Source: the human T2T-CHM13v2.0 reference genome, Homo sapiens. From it: a DNA stretch of 64,000 nucleotides. The DNA lies in the NCBI RefSeq assembly GCF_009914755.1, contig NC_060925.1; one strand, written 5' to 3'. How positions within the stretch are numbered: position 1 is the stretch's first letter; every line of letters begins with the position of its first letter. The notes beneath the pieces are model-generated. The model worked only from the letters and a program-made list of their open reading frames with translations, ran no database searches and was not told where the DNA came from. The translations under genes and the position numbers were made by a program. This document shows, piece by piece, positions 1 through 13,062 of this stretch.

Positions 1-153
1 CCTGAAAGCGCTCCAAATGTCCACTTGGAGACTCTACGAAAAGAATGTTTCAAAACTGCTCTATGAAAAGCAATGTTATACTCTGGGAGTTGAACACAAG
101 CCTCACAAAGGAGTTTCTGAGAATGCTTCTGTTTACTTTTTACGTGAAGATAT

Positions 154-170
154 TCCCGTTTCCAAAGAAA
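154..170 (-). promoter_or_regulatory. Degenerate CENP-B box (one core mismatch, fixed in the array)
   Basis: TCCCGTTTCCAAAGAAA has AGAA in place of the essential CGAA, at the box position of the monomer. Confidence 0.8.
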
Positions 171-324
171 TCTTCACAGACTTCCACCTATCCATTTGCA
201 GATGCTAGAAAAAGAGAGTTTCAAAACTGCTCTATCAAAAGGAATGTTCAACTCTGTGAGTTGAATGCAGTCATCACAGAGAAGTTTCTGAGAAGGCTTC
301 TGTCTAGATTTTATGTGAAGATAT

Positions 325-341
325 ACCCGTTTCGAACGAAG
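325..341 (-). promoter_or_regulatory. CENP-B box 1 (intact core; repeats every 1866 bp except HOR 31)
   Basis: ACCCGTTTCGAACGAAG is the reverse complement of a match to NTTCGNNNNANNCGGGN, with all 9 essential bases present. Confidence 0.85.
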
Positions 342-463
342 GCCACAAAGTGCTCCAAATATCCACTTGCAGGTCCTCCAACAAGAGTGTTTCAAACGTG
401 AACTATCAAAGGAAGGTTCAACTCTGGACTTTGAATGCAAACGTCAGAAAGATGTTTCTGCGA

Positions 464-469
464 AAGCTT
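464..469. other. HindIII site, one seen per HOR (1.87-kb restriction periodicity)
   Basis: AAGCTT within CGAAAGCTTC, recurring every 1866 bp; no second site seen in the unit. Confidence 0.85.
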
Positions 470-490
470 CTGTTTAGTTAGGTGACGTTA

Positions 491-507
491 TCCCGTTTCC
501 AACGAAA
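491..507 (-). promoter_or_regulatory. CENP-B box 2 (canonical; repeats every 1866 bp)
   Basis: TCCCGTTTCCAACGAAA; the reverse complement TTTCGTTGGAAACGGGA is the canonical box. Confidence 0.95.
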
Positions 508-826
508 TCCTCAGAGAGGTCCAAATATCCACCTGCAGATTCTGCAAAAAGTGTGTTTCCAAACTGCTCCACCCAAAGGCATGTTCAGCTCTGTGAGTTA
601 AACTCAATCATCACAAAGTATTTTCTGAGAATGCTTCTGTCCAGTTTTTACATGAAGCTGTTTCCTTTACTACCGTAGGCCTCAAAGCGTTCCAAATCTC
701 CACTTGCAGATACTACGAAAAGGGCGTTTCAACCTGAACTCACAAGGGAAGGTTCAACTCTGTCAGTTGAATGCCAACATCACAAAGAAGTTCTGGGAAT
801 GTTTCTCTTCAGTTATGTGAGTTTTA

Positions 827-843
827 TCCCGTTTCCAACGAAA
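827..843 (-). promoter_or_regulatory. CENP-B box 3 (canonical; repeats every 1866 bp)
   Basis: TCCCGTTTCCAACGAAA, identical to box 2. Confidence 0.95.
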
Positions 844-1164
844 TTCTCAGAGAAGTACAAATATCCACTTGCATATTCTACAAAAAGTGTGTTTTGAAAG
901 TGCTCCATCAAAAGATATGCTCAGCTCTGTGAGTTAAACTCAATCATCACAAAGAATTTTCTGAGAATGCTTCTGTCTTGTTTTAGGATGAAGTTATTTC
1001 CTTTACGACGATAGGCCTCAAAGAGGTCCAAATCTCCACTTGCAGATTCTGCAGAAGGAGTGTTTCAAACCTGAACTATCAGACAAAGGTTCAACACTGT
1101 GAGTTGAATGCAAGCATCACGAAGAAGGTTCTGAGAATGCTTCTGTTTAGATAGGTGAGTTTTC

Positions 1165-1181
1165 TCCCGTATCCAACGAAA
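1165..1181 (-). promoter_or_regulatory. CENP-B box 4 (intact core; repeats every 1866 bp)
   Basis: TCCCGTATCCAACGAAA; the single substitution is at a non-essential position. Confidence 0.9.
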
Positions 1182-1506
1182 TCCTCAGAGAGGTCCAAAT
1201 ATCCACTTGCAGATTCTACAGAAAGTGTGTTTTGAAACTGCTCCATCCAAAGGAATGTTCAGCTCTGTGAGTTGAACTCAATCGTCACAAAGTGTTTCCT
1301 GGGAATGCTACTGTCTAGTTTTTATGGGCAGTTATATCCTCTGCTGCCATAGGCCTCAAAGCGGTCCAAATCTCCCCTTTCAGATTCTACCAAAAGTGTG
1401 TTTCCAAACGGCTCTATCAAAGGGAATGTTCAACTCTGTGACTTGAATGCAATCATCACAAAGCAGTTTCTGAGAATGCTTCCATGTAGCTTTAATGAGC
1501 AGATAT

Positions 1507-1523
1507 TTCCTTTTCCACCCCAG
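1507..1523 (+). promoter_or_regulatory. pJalpha-like motif (A-type monomer)
   Basis: TTCCTTTTCCACCCCAG versus consensus TTCCTTTTYCACCRTAG (2 mismatches), at the position homologous to the CENP-B box. Confidence 0.65.
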
Positions 1524-1677
1524 GCCTCGAAGCCCTCCAAATGTCCCCTTGCAGATGCTAGAAAGAGAGGGTTTCAAAGCTGCTCTATCAAAAGGAAAGT
1601 ACAACTCTGTGAGTTGAATGCAAACATCACAAAGAAGTTCCTGAGCATGCTTCCGTTTAGCTTTCATGGGAAGATTA

Positions 1678-1694
1678 TCCCTTTTCCATCGAAA
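1678..1694 (-). promoter_or_regulatory. Degenerate CENP-B box (one core mismatch, fixed in the array)
   Basis: TCCCTTTTCCATCGAAA has CCCT in place of the essential CCCG. Confidence 0.75.
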
Positions 1695-1848
1695 TGTTCA
1701 AAGAGGTCCACATATCCGCTTGCAGATTCCACCGAAAGAGTGTTTCCAAACTGCTGTATCAAAAGGAATCTTCAACTCCGTGAGTTGAATGCAATCATCA
1801 CAAAGAAGTTTCTGACAATGCTTCTCTCTAGTTTTTATGTGAAGATAT

Positions 1849-1865
1849 TTCCTTTTCCACCACAG
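1849..1865 (+). promoter_or_regulatory. pJalpha-like motif (A-type monomer)
   Basis: TTCCTTTTCCACCACAG versus consensus TTCCTTTTYCACCRTAG (1 mismatch). Confidence 0.7.
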
Positions 1866-4800
1866 GCCTGAAAGCGCTCCAAATGTCCACTTGGAGACTC
1901 TACGAAAAGAATGTTTCAAAACTGCTCTATGAAAAGCAATGTTATACTCTGGGAGTTGAACACAAGCCTCACAAAGGAGTTTCTGAGAATGCTTCTGTTT
2001 ACTTTTTACGTGAAGATATTCCCGTTTCCAAAGAAATCTTCACAGACTTCCACCTATCCATTTGCAGATGCTAGAAAAAGAGAGTTTCAAAACTGCTCTA
2101 TCAAAAGGAATGTTCAACTCTGTGAGTTGAATGCAGTCATCACAGAGAAGTTTCTGAGAAGGCTTCTGTCTAGATTTTATGTGAAGATATACCCGTTTCG
2201 AACGAAGGCCACAAAGTGCTCCAAATATCCACTTGCAGGTCCTCCAACAAGAGTGTTTCAAACGTGAACTATCAAAGGAAGGTTCAACTCTGGACTTTGA
2301 ATGCAAACGTCAGAAAGATGTTTCTGCGAAAGCTTCTGTTTAGTTAGGTGACGTTATCCCGTTTCCAACGAAATCCTCAGAGAGGTCCAAATATCCACCT
2401 GCAGATTCTGCAAAAAGTGTGTTTCCAAACTGCTCCACCCAAAGGCATGTTCAGCTCTGTGAGTTAAACTCAATCATCACAAAGTATTTTCTGAGAATGC
2501 TTCTGTCCAGTTTTTACATGAAGCTGTTTCCTTTACTACCGTAGGCCTCAAAGCGTTCCAAATCTCCACTTGCAGATACTACGAAAAGGGCGTTTCAACC
2601 TGAACTCACAAGGGAAGGTTCAACTCTGTCAGTTGAATGCCAACATCACAAAGAAGTTCTGGGAATGTTTCTCTTCAGTTATGTGAGTTTTATCCCGTTT
2701 CCAACGAAATTCTCAGAGAAGTACAAATATCCACTTGCATATTCTACAAAAAGTGTGTTTTGAAAGTGCTCCATCAAAAGATATGCTCAGCTCTGTGAGT
2801 TAAACTCAATCATCACAAAGAATTTTCTGAGAATGCTTCTGTCTTGTTTTAGGATGAAGTTATTTCCTTTACGACGATAGGCCTCAAAGAGGTCCAAATC
2901 TCCACTTGCAGATTCTGCAGAAGGAGTGTTTCAAACCTGAACTATCAGACAAAGGTTCAACACTGTGAGTTGAATGCAAGCATCACGAAGAAGGTTCTGA
3001 GAATGCTTCTGTTTAGATAGGTGAGTTTTCTCCCGTATCCAACGAAATCCTCAGAGAGGTCCAAATATCCACTTGCAGATTCTACAGAAAGTGTGTTTTG
3101 AAACTGCTCCATCCAAAGGAATGTTCAGCTCTGTGAGTTGAACTCAATCGTCACAAAGTGTTTCCTGGGAATGCTACTGTCTAGTTTTTATGGGCAGTTA
3201 CATCCTCTGCTGCCATAGGCCTCAAAGCGGTCCAAATCTCCCCTTTCAGATTCTACCAAAAGTGTGTTTCCAAACGGCTCTATCAAAGGGAATGTTCAAC
3301 TCTGTGACTTGAATGCAATCATCACAAAGCAGTTTCTGAGAATGCTTCCATGTAGCTTTTAGGAGAAGATATTTCCTTTTCCACCCCAGGCCTCGAAGCC
3401 CTCCAAATGTCCCCTTGCAGATGCTAGAAAGAGAGGGTTTCAAAGCTGCTCTATCAAAAGGAAAGTACAACTCTGTGAGTTGAATGCAAACATCACAAAG
3501 AAGTTCCTGAGCATGCTTCCGTTTAGCTTTCATGGGAAGATTATCCCTTTTCCATCGAAATGTTCAAAGAGGTCCACATATCCGCTTGCAGATTCCACCG
3601 AAAGAGTGTTTCCAAACTGCTGTATCAAAAGGAATCTTCAACTCCGTGAGTTGAATGCAATCATCACAAAGAAGTTTCTGACAATGCTTCTCTCTAGTTT
3701 TTATGTGAAGATATTTCCTTTTCCACCACAGGCCTGAAAGCGCTCCAAATGTCCACTTGGAGACTCTACGAAAAGAATGTTTCAAAACTGCTCTATGAAA
3801 AGCAATGTTATACTCTGGGAGTTGAACACAAGCCTCACAAAGGACTTTCTGAGAATGCTTCTGTTTACTTTTTACGTGAAGATATTCCCGTTTCCAAAGA
3901 AATCTTCACAGACTTCCACCTATCCATTTGCAGATGCTAGAAAAAGACAGTTTCAAAACTGCTCTATCAAAAGGAATGTTCAACTCTGTGAGTTGAATGC
4001 AGTCATCACAGAGAAGTTTCTGAGAAGGCTTCTGTCTAGATTTTATGTGAAGATATACCCGTTTCGAACGAAGGCCACAAAGTGCTCCAAATATCCACTT
4101 GCAGGTCCTCCAACAAGAGTGTTTCAAACGTGAACTATCAAAGGAAGGTTCAACTCTGGACTTTGAATGCAAACGTCAGAAAGATGTTTCTGCGAAAGCT
4201 TCTGTTTAGTTAGGTGACGTTATCCCGTTTCCAACGAAATCCTCAGAGAGGTCCAAATATCCACCTGCAGATTCTGCAAAAAGTGTGTTTCCAAACTGCT
4301 CCACCCAAAGGCATGTTCAGCTCTGTGAGTTAAACTCAATCATCACAAAGTATTTTCTGAGAATGCTTCTGTCCAGTTTTTACATGAAGCTGTTTCCTTT
4401 ACTACCGTAGGCCTCAAAGCGTTCCAAATCTCCACTTGCAGATACTACGAAAAGGGCGTTTCAACCTGAACTCACAAGGGAAGGTTCAACTCTGTCAGTT
4501 GAATGCCAACATCACAAAGAAGTTCTGGGAATGTTTCTCTTCAGTTATGTGAGTTTTATCCCGTTTCCAACGAAATTCTCAGAGAAGTACAAATATCCAC
4601 TTGCATATTCTACAAAAAGTGTGTTTTGAAAGTGCTCCATCAAAAGATATGCTCAGCTCTGTGAGTTAAACTCAATCATCACAAAGAATTTTCTGAGAAT
4701 GCTTCTGTCTTGTTTTAGGATGAAGTTATTTCCTTTACGACGATAGGCCTCAAAGAGGTCCAAATCTCCACTTGCAGATTCTGCAGAAGGAGTGTTTCAA

Positions 4801-7800
4801 ACCTGAACTATCAGAGAAAGGTTCAACACTGTGAGTTGAATGCAAGCATCACGAAGAAGGTTCTGAGAATGCTTCTGTTTAGATAGGTGAGTTTTCTCCC
4901 GTATCCAACGAAATCCTCAGAGAGGTCCAAATATCCACTTGCAGATTCTACAGAAAGTGTGTTTTGAAACTGCTCCATCCAAAGGAATGTTCAGCTCTGT
5001 GAGTTGAACTCAATCGTCACAAAGTGTTTCCTGGGAATGCTACTGTCTAGTTTTTATGGGCAGTTATATCCTCTGCTGCCATAGGCCTCAAAGCGGTCCA
5101 AATCTCCCCTTTCAGATTCTACCAAAAGTGTGTTTCCAAACGGCTCTATCAAAGGGAATGTTCAACTCTGTGACTTGAATGCAATCATCACAAAGCAGTT
5201 TCTGAGAATGCTTCCATGTAGCTTTTAGGAGAAGATATTTCCTTTTCCACCCCAGGCCTCGAAGCCCTCCAAATGTCCCCTTGCAGATGCTAGAAAGAGA
5301 GGGTTTCAAAGCTGCTCTATCAAAAGGAAAGTACAACTCTGTGAGTTGAATGCAAACATCACAAAGAAGTTCCTGAGCATGCTTCCGTTTAGCTTTCATG
5401 GGAAGATTATCCCTTTTCCATCGAAATGTTCAAAGAGGTCCACATATCCGCTTGCAGATTCCACCGAAAGAGTGTTTCCAAACTGCTGTATCAAAAGGAA
5501 TCTTCAACTCCGTGAGTTGAATGCAATCATCACAAAGAAGTTTCTGACAATGCTTCTCTCTAGTTTTTATGTGAAGATATTTCCTTTTCCACCACAGGCC
5601 TGAAAGCGCTCCAAATGTCCACTTGGAGACTCTACGAAAAGAATGTTTCAAAACTGCTCTATGAAAAGCAATGTTATACTCTGGGAGTTGAACAGAAGCC
5701 TCACAAAGGACTTTCTGAGAATGCTTCTGTTTACTTTTTACGTGAAGATATTCCCGTTTCCAAAGAAATCTTCACAGACTTCCACCTATCCATTTGCAGA
5801 TGCTAGAAAAAGAGAGTTTCAAAACTGCTCTATCAAAAGGAATGTTCAACTCTGTGAGTTGAATGCAGTCATCACAGAGAAGTTTCTGAGAAGGCTTCTG
5901 TCTAGATTTTATGTGAAGATATACCCGTTTCGAACGAAGGCCACAAAGTGCTCCAAATATCCACTTGCAGGTCCTCCAACAAGAGTGTTTCAAACGTGAA
6001 CTATCAAAGGAAGGTTCAACTCTGGACTTTGAATGCAAACGTCAGAAAGATGTTTCTGCGAAAGCTTCTGTTTAGTTAGGTGACGTTATCCCGTTTCCAA
6101 CGAAATCCTCAGAGAGGTCCAAATATCCACCTGCAGATTCTGCAAAAAGTGTGTTTCCAAACTGCTCCACCCAAAGGCATGTTCAGCTCTGTGAGTTAAA
6201 CTCAATCATCACAAAGTATTTTCTGAGAATGCTTCTGTCCAGTTTTTACATGAAGCTGTTTCCTTTACTACCGTAGGCCTCAAAGCGTTCCAAATCTCCA
6301 CTTGCAGATACTACGAAAAGGGCGTTTCAACCTGAACTCACAAGGGAAGGTTCAACTCTGTCAGTTGAATGCCAACATCACAAAGAAGTTCTGGGAATGT
6401 TTCTCTTCAGTTATGTGAGTTTTATCCCGTTTCCAACGAAATTCTCAGAGAAGTACAAATATCCACTTGCATATTCTACAAAAAGTGTGTTTTGAAAGTG
6501 CTCCATCAAAAGATATGCTCAGCTCTGTGAGTTAAACTCAATCATCACAAAGAATTTTCTGAGAATGCTTCTGTCTTGTTTTAGGATGAAGTTATTTCCT
6601 TTACGACGATAGGCCTCAAAGAGGTCCAAATCTCCACTTGCAGATTCTGCAGAAGGAGTGTTTCAAACCTGAACTATCAGAGAAAGGTTCAACACTGTGA
6701 GTTGAATGCAAGCATCACGAAGAAGGTTCTGAGAATGCTTCTGTTTAGATAGGTGAGTTTTCTCCCGTATCCAACGAAATCCTCAGAGAGGTCCAAATAT
6801 CCACTTGCAGATTCTACAGAAAGTGTGTTTTGAAACTGCTCCATCCAAAGGAATGTTCAGCTCTGTGAGTTGAACTCAATCGTCACAAAGTGTTTCCTGG
6901 GAATGCTACTGTCTAGTTTTTATGGGCAGTTATATCCTCTGCTGCCATAGGCCTCAAAGCGGTCCAAATCTCCCCTTTCAGATTCTACCAAAAGTGTGTT
7001 TCCAAACGGCTCTATCAAAGGGAATGTTCAACTCTGTGACTTGAATGCAATCATCACAAAGCAGTTTCTGAGAATGCTTCCATGTAGCTTTAATGAGCAG
7101 ATATTTCCTTTTCCACCCCAGGCCTCGAAGCCCTCCAAATGTCCCCTTGCAGATGCTAGAAAGAGAGGGTTTCAAAGCTGCTCTATCAAAAGGAAAGTAC
7201 AACTCTGTGAGTTGAATGCAAACATCACAAAGAAGTTCCTGAGCATGCTTCCGTTTAGCTTTCATGGGAAGATTATCCCTTTTCCATCGAAATGTTCAAA
7301 GAGGTCCACATATCCGCTTGCAGATTCCACCGAAAGAGTGTTTCCAAACTGCTGTATCAAAAGGAATCTTCAACTCCGTGAGTTGAATGCAATCATCACA
7401 AAGAAGTTTCTGACAATGCTTCTCTCTAGTTTTTATGTGAAGATATTTCCTTTTCCACCACAGGCCTGAAAGCGCTCCAAATGTCCACTTGGAGACTCTA
7501 CGAAAAGAATGTTTCAAAACTGCTCTATGAAAAGCAATGTTATACTCTGGGAGTTGAACACAAGCCTCACAAAGGAGTTTCTGAGAATGCTTCTGTTTAC
7601 TTTTTACGTGAAGATATTCCCGTTTCCAAAGAAATCTTCACAGACTTCCACCTATCCATTTGCAGATGCTAGAAAAAGAGAGTTTCAAAACTGCTCTATC
7701 AAAAGGAATGTTCAACTCTGTGAGTTGAATGCAGTCATCACAGAGAAGTTTCTGAGAAGGCTTCTGTCTAGATTTTATGTGAAGATATACCCGTTTCGAA

Positions 7801-10800
7801 CGAAGGCCACAAAGTGCTCCAAATATCCACTTGCAGGTCCTCCAACAAGAGTGTTTCAAACGTGAACTATCAAAGGAAGGTTCAACTCTGGACTTTGAAT
7901 GCAAACGTCAGAAAGATGTTTCTGCGAAAGCTTCTGTTTAGTTAGGTGACGTTATCCCGTTTCCAACGAAATCCTCAGAGAGGTCCAAATATCCACCTGC
8001 AGATTCTGCAAAAAGTGTGTTTCCAAACTGCTCCACCCAAAGGCATGTTCAGCTCTGTGAGTTAAACTCAATCATCACAAAGTATTTTCTGAGAATGCTT
8101 CTGTCCAGTTTTTACATGAAGCTGTTTCCTTTACTACCGTAGGCCTCAAAGCGTTCCAAATCTCCACTTGCAGATACTACGAAAAGGGCGTTTCAACCTG
8201 AACTCACAAGGGAAGGTTCAACTCTGTCAGTTGAATGCCAACATCACAAAGAAGTTCTGGGAATGTTTCTCTTCAGTTATGTGAGTTTTATCCCGTTTCC
8301 AACGAAATTCTCAGAGAAGTACAAATATCCACTTGCATATTCTACAAAAAGTGTGTTTTGAAAGTGCTCCATCAAAAGATATGCTCAGCTCTGTGAGTTA
8401 AACTCAATCATCACAAAGAATTTTCTGAGAATGCTTCTGTCTTGTTTTAGGATGAAGTTATTTCCTTTACGACGATAGGCCTCAAAGAGGTCCAAATCTC
8501 CACTTGCAGATTCTGCAGAAGGAGTGTTTCAAACCTGAACTATCAGAGAAAGGTTCAACACTGTGAGTTGAATGCAAGCATCACGAAGAAGGTTCTGAGA
8601 ATGCTTCTGTTTAGATAGGTGAGTTTTCTCCCGTATCCAACGAAATCCTCAGAGAGGTCCAAATATCCACTTGCAGATTCTACAGAAAGTGTGTTTTGAA
8701 ACTGCTCCATCCAAAGGAATGTTCAGCTCTGTGAGTTGAACTCAATCGTCACAAAGTGTTTCCTGGGAATGCTACTGTCTAGTTTTTATGGGCAGTTACA
8801 TCCTCTGCTGCCATAGGCCTCAAAGCGGTCCAAATCTCCCCTTTCAGATTCTACCAAAAGTGTGTTTCCAAACGGCTCTATCAAAGGGAATGTTCAACTC
8901 TGTGACTTGAATGCAATCATCACAAAGCAGTTTCTGAGAATGCTTCCATGTAGCTTTTAGGAGAAGATATTTCCTTTTCCACCCCAGGCCTCGAAGCCCT
9001 CCAAATGTCCCCTTGCAGATGCTAGAAAGAGAGGGTTTCAAAGCTGCTCTATCAAAAGGAAAGTACAACTCTGTGAGTTGAATGCAAACATCACAAAGAA
9101 GTTCCTGAGCATGCTTCCGTTTAGCTTTCATGGGAAGATTATCCCTTTTCCATCGAAATGTTCAAAGAGGTCCACATATCCGCTTGCAGATTCCACCGAA
9201 AGAGTGTTTCCAAACTGCTGTATCAAAAGGAATCTTCAACTCCGTGAGTTGAATGCAATCATCACAAAGAAGTTTCTGACAATGCTTCTCTCTAGTTTTT
9301 ATGTGAAGATATTTCCTTTTCCACCACAGGCCTGAAAGCGCTCCAAATGTCCACTTGGAGACTCTACGAAAAGAATGTTTCAAAACTGCTCTATGAAAAG
9401 CAATGTTATACTCTGGGAGTTGAACAGAAGCCTCACAAAGGACTTTCTGAGAATGCTTCTGTTTACTTTTTACGTGAAGATATTCCCGTTTCCAAAGAAA
9501 TCTTCACAGACTTCCACCTATCCATTTGCAGATGCTAGAAAAAGACAGTTTCAAAACTGCTCTATCAAAAGGAATGTTCAACTCTGTGAGTTGAATGCAG
9601 TCATCACAGAGAAGTTTCTGAGAAGGCTTCTGTCTAGATTTTATGTGAAGATATACCCGTTTCGAACGAAGGCCACAAAGTGCTCCAAATATCCACTTGC
9701 AGGTCCTCCAACAAGAGTGTTTCAAACGTGAACTATCAAAGGAAGGTTCAACTCTGGACTTTGAATGCAAACGTCAGAAAGATGTTTCTGCGAAAGCTTC
9801 TGTTTAGTTAGGTGACGTTATCCCGTTTCCAACGAAATCCTCAGAGAGGTCCAAATATCCACCTGCAGATTCTGCAAAAAGTGTGTTTCCAAACTGCTCC
9901 ACCCAAAGGCATGTTCAGCTCTGTGAGTTAAACTCAATCATCACAAAGTATTTTCTGAGAATGCTTCTGTCCAGTTTTTACATGAAGCTGTTTCCTTTAC
10001 TACCGTAGGCCTCAAAGCGTTCCAAATCTCCACTTGCAGATACTACGAAAAGGGCGTTTCAACCTGAACTCACAAGGGAAGGTTCAACTCTGTCAGTTGA
10101 ATGCCAACATCACAAAGAAGTTCTGGGAATGTTTCTCTTCAGTTATGTGAGTTTTATCCCGTTTCCAACGAAATTCTCAGAGAAGTACAAATATCCACTT
10201 GCATATTCTACAAAAAGTGTGTTTTGAAAGTGCTCCATCAAAAGATATGCTCAGCTCTGTGAGTTAAACTCAATCATCACAAAGAATTTTCTGAGAATGC
10301 TTCTGTCTTGTTTTAGGATGAAGTTATTTCCTTTACGACGATAGGCCTCAAAGAGGTCCAAATCTCCACTTGCAGATTCTGCAGAAGGAGTGTTTCAAAC
10401 CTGAACTATCAGAGAAAGGTTCAACACTGTGAGTTGAATGCAAGCATCACGAAGAAGGTTCTGAGAATGCTTCTGTTTAGATAGGTGAGTTTTCTCCCGT
10501 ATCCAACGAAATCCTCAGAGAGGTCCAAATATCCACTTGCAGATTCTACAGAAAGTGTGTTTTGAAACTGCTCCATCCAAAGGAATGTTCAGCTCTGTGA
10601 GTTGAACTCAATCGTCACAAAGTGTTTCCTGGGAATGCTACTGTCTAGTTTTTATGGGCAGTTATATCCTCTGCTGCCATAGGCCTCAAAGCGGTCCAAA
10701 TCTCCCCTTTCAGATTCTACCAAAAGTGTGTTTCCAAACGGCTCTATCAAAGGGAATGTTCAACTCTGTGACTTGAATGCAATCATCACAAAGCAGTTTC

Positions 10801-13062
10801 TGAGAATGCTTCCATGTAGCTTTAATGAGCAGATATTTCCTTTTCCACCCCAGGCCTCGAAGCCCTCCAAATGTCCCCTTGCAGATGCTAGAAAGAGAGG
10901 GTTTCAAAGCTGCTCTATCAAAAGGAAAGTACAACTCTGTGAGTTGAATGCAAACATCACAAAGAAGTTCCTGAGCATGCTTCCGTTTAGCTTTCATGGG
11001 AAGATTATCCCTTTTCCATCGAAATGTTCAAAGAGGTCCACATATCCGCTTGCAGATTCCACCGAAAGAGTGTTTCCAAACTGCTGTATCAAAAGGAATC
11101 TTCAACTCCGTGAGTTGAATGCAATCATCACAAAGAAGTTTCTGACAATGCTTCTCTCTAGTTTTTATGTGAAGATATTTCCTTTTCCACCACAGGCCTG
11201 AAAGCGCTCCAAATGTCCACTTGGAGACTCTACGAAAAGAATGTTTCAAAACTGCTCTATGAAAAGCAATGTTATACTCTGGGAGTTGAACACAAGCCTC
11301 ACAAAGGACTTTCTGAGAATGCTTCTGTTTACTTTTTACGTGAAGATATTCCCGTCTCCAAAGAAATCTTCACAGACTTCCACCTATCCATTTGCAGATG
11401 CTAGAAAAAGAGAGTTTCAAAACTGCTCTATCAAAAGGAATGTTCAACTCTGTGAGTTGAATGCAGTCATCACAGAGAAGTTTCTGAGAAGGCTTCTGTC
11501 TAGATTTTATGTGAAGATATACCCGTTTCGAACGAAGGCCACAAAGTGCTCCAAATATCCACTTGCAGGTCCTCCAACAAGAGTGTTTCAAACGTGAACT
11601 ATCAAAGGAAGGTTCAACTCTGGACTTTGAATGCAAACGTCAGAAAGATGTTTCTGCGAAAGCTTCTGTTTAGTTAGGTGACGTTATCCCGTTTCCAACG
11701 AAATCCTCAGAGAGGTCCAAATATCCACCTGCAGATTCTGCAAAAAGTGTGTTTCCAAACTGCTCCACCCAAAGGCATGTTCAGCTCTGTGAGTTAAACT
11801 CAATCATCACAAAGTATTTTCTGAGAATGCTTCTGTCCAGTTTTTACATGAAGCTGTTTCCTTTACTACCGTAGGCCTCAAAGCGTTCCAAATCTCCACT
11901 TGCAGATACTACGAAAAGGGCGTTTCAACCTGAACTCACAAGGGAAGGTTCAACTCTGTCAGTTGAATGCCAACATCACAAAGAAGTTCTGGGAATGTTT
12001 CTCTTCAGTTATGTGAGTTTTATCCCGTTTCCAACGAAATTCTCAGAGAAGTACAAATATCCACTTGCATATTCTACAAAAAGTGTGTTTTGAAAGTGCT
12101 CCATCAAAAGATATGCTCAGCTCTGTGAGTTAAACTCAATCATCACAAAGAATTTTCTGAGAATGCTTCTGTCTTGTTTTAGGATGAAGTTATTTCCTTT
12201 ACGACGATAGGCCTCAAAGAGGTCCAAATCTCCACTTGCAGATTCTGCAGAAGGAGTGTTTCAAACCTGAACTATCAGAGAAAGGTTCAACACTGTGAGT
12301 TGAATGCAAGCATCACGAAGAAGGTTCTGAGAATGCTTCTGTTTAGATAGGTGAGTTTTCTCCCGTATCCAACGAAATCCTCAGAGAGGTCCAAATATCC
12401 ACTTGCAGATTCTACAGAAAGTGTGTTTTGAAACTGCTCCATCCAAAGGAATGTTCAGCTCTGTGAGTTGAACTCAATCGTCACAAAGTGTTTCCTGGGA
12501 ATGCTACTGTCTAGTTTTTATGGGCAGTTATATCCTCTGCTGCCATAGGCCTCAAAGCGGTCCAAATCTCCCCTTTCAGATTCTACCAAAAGTGTGTTTC
12601 CAAACGGCTCTATCAAAGGGAATGTTCAACTCTGTGACTTGAATGCAATCATCACAAAGCAGTTTCTGAGAATGCTTCCATGTAGCTTTTAGGAGAAGAT
12701 ATTTCCTTTTCCACCCCAGGCCTCGAAGCCCTCCAAATGTCCCCTTGCAGATGCTAGAAAGAGAGGGTTTCAAAGCTGCTCTATCAAAAGGAAAGTACAA
12801 CTCTGTGAGTTGAATGCAAACATCACAAAGAAGCTCCTGAGCATGCTTCCGTTTAGCTTTCATGGGAAGATTATCCCTTTTCCATCGAAATGTTCAAAGA
12901 GGTCCACATATCCGCTTGCAGATTCCACCGAAAGAGTGTTTCCAAACTGCTGTATCAAAAGGAATCTTCAACTCCGTGAGTTGAATGCAATCATCACAAA
13001 GAAGTTTCTGACAATGCTTCTCTCTAGTTTTTATGTGAAGATATTTCCTTTTCCACCACAGG

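Larger units (their letters stand above)
13..1878. repeat. One complete HOR: 11 monomers of 171,171,166,171,165,171,167,171,171,171,171 bp
   Basis: The homologous CCAAAT-like anchor lies at 13, 184, 355, 521, 692, 857, 1028, 1195, 1366, 1537, 1708 and 1879. The intervals sum to 1866. Confidence 0.95.

Noticed and set aside
245-266. Short dyad TTCAACTC-TGT-GAGTTGAA as a terminator or novel hairpin element
   Set aside because: This is a standard alpha-satellite monomer feature present in many monomers and is not specific to this window.
1-1866. Assignment to the SF2 11-mers (D8Z2, D13Z1/D21Z1)
   Set aside because: Adjacent box-type monomers (offsets 154, 325, 491), 165-167 bp monomers and SF3-like flanks fit less well with a dimeric SF2 array. 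Considered less likely, but not excluded without alignment.
1398-1871. 157-aa ORF switching on and off between copies, like a phase-variable gene
   Set aside because: It is only the AAT versus TAG allele at offsets 1494-1496 removing a stop codon. The start is a GTG in satellite DNA and there is no evidence of expression. Used only as a haplotype marker.
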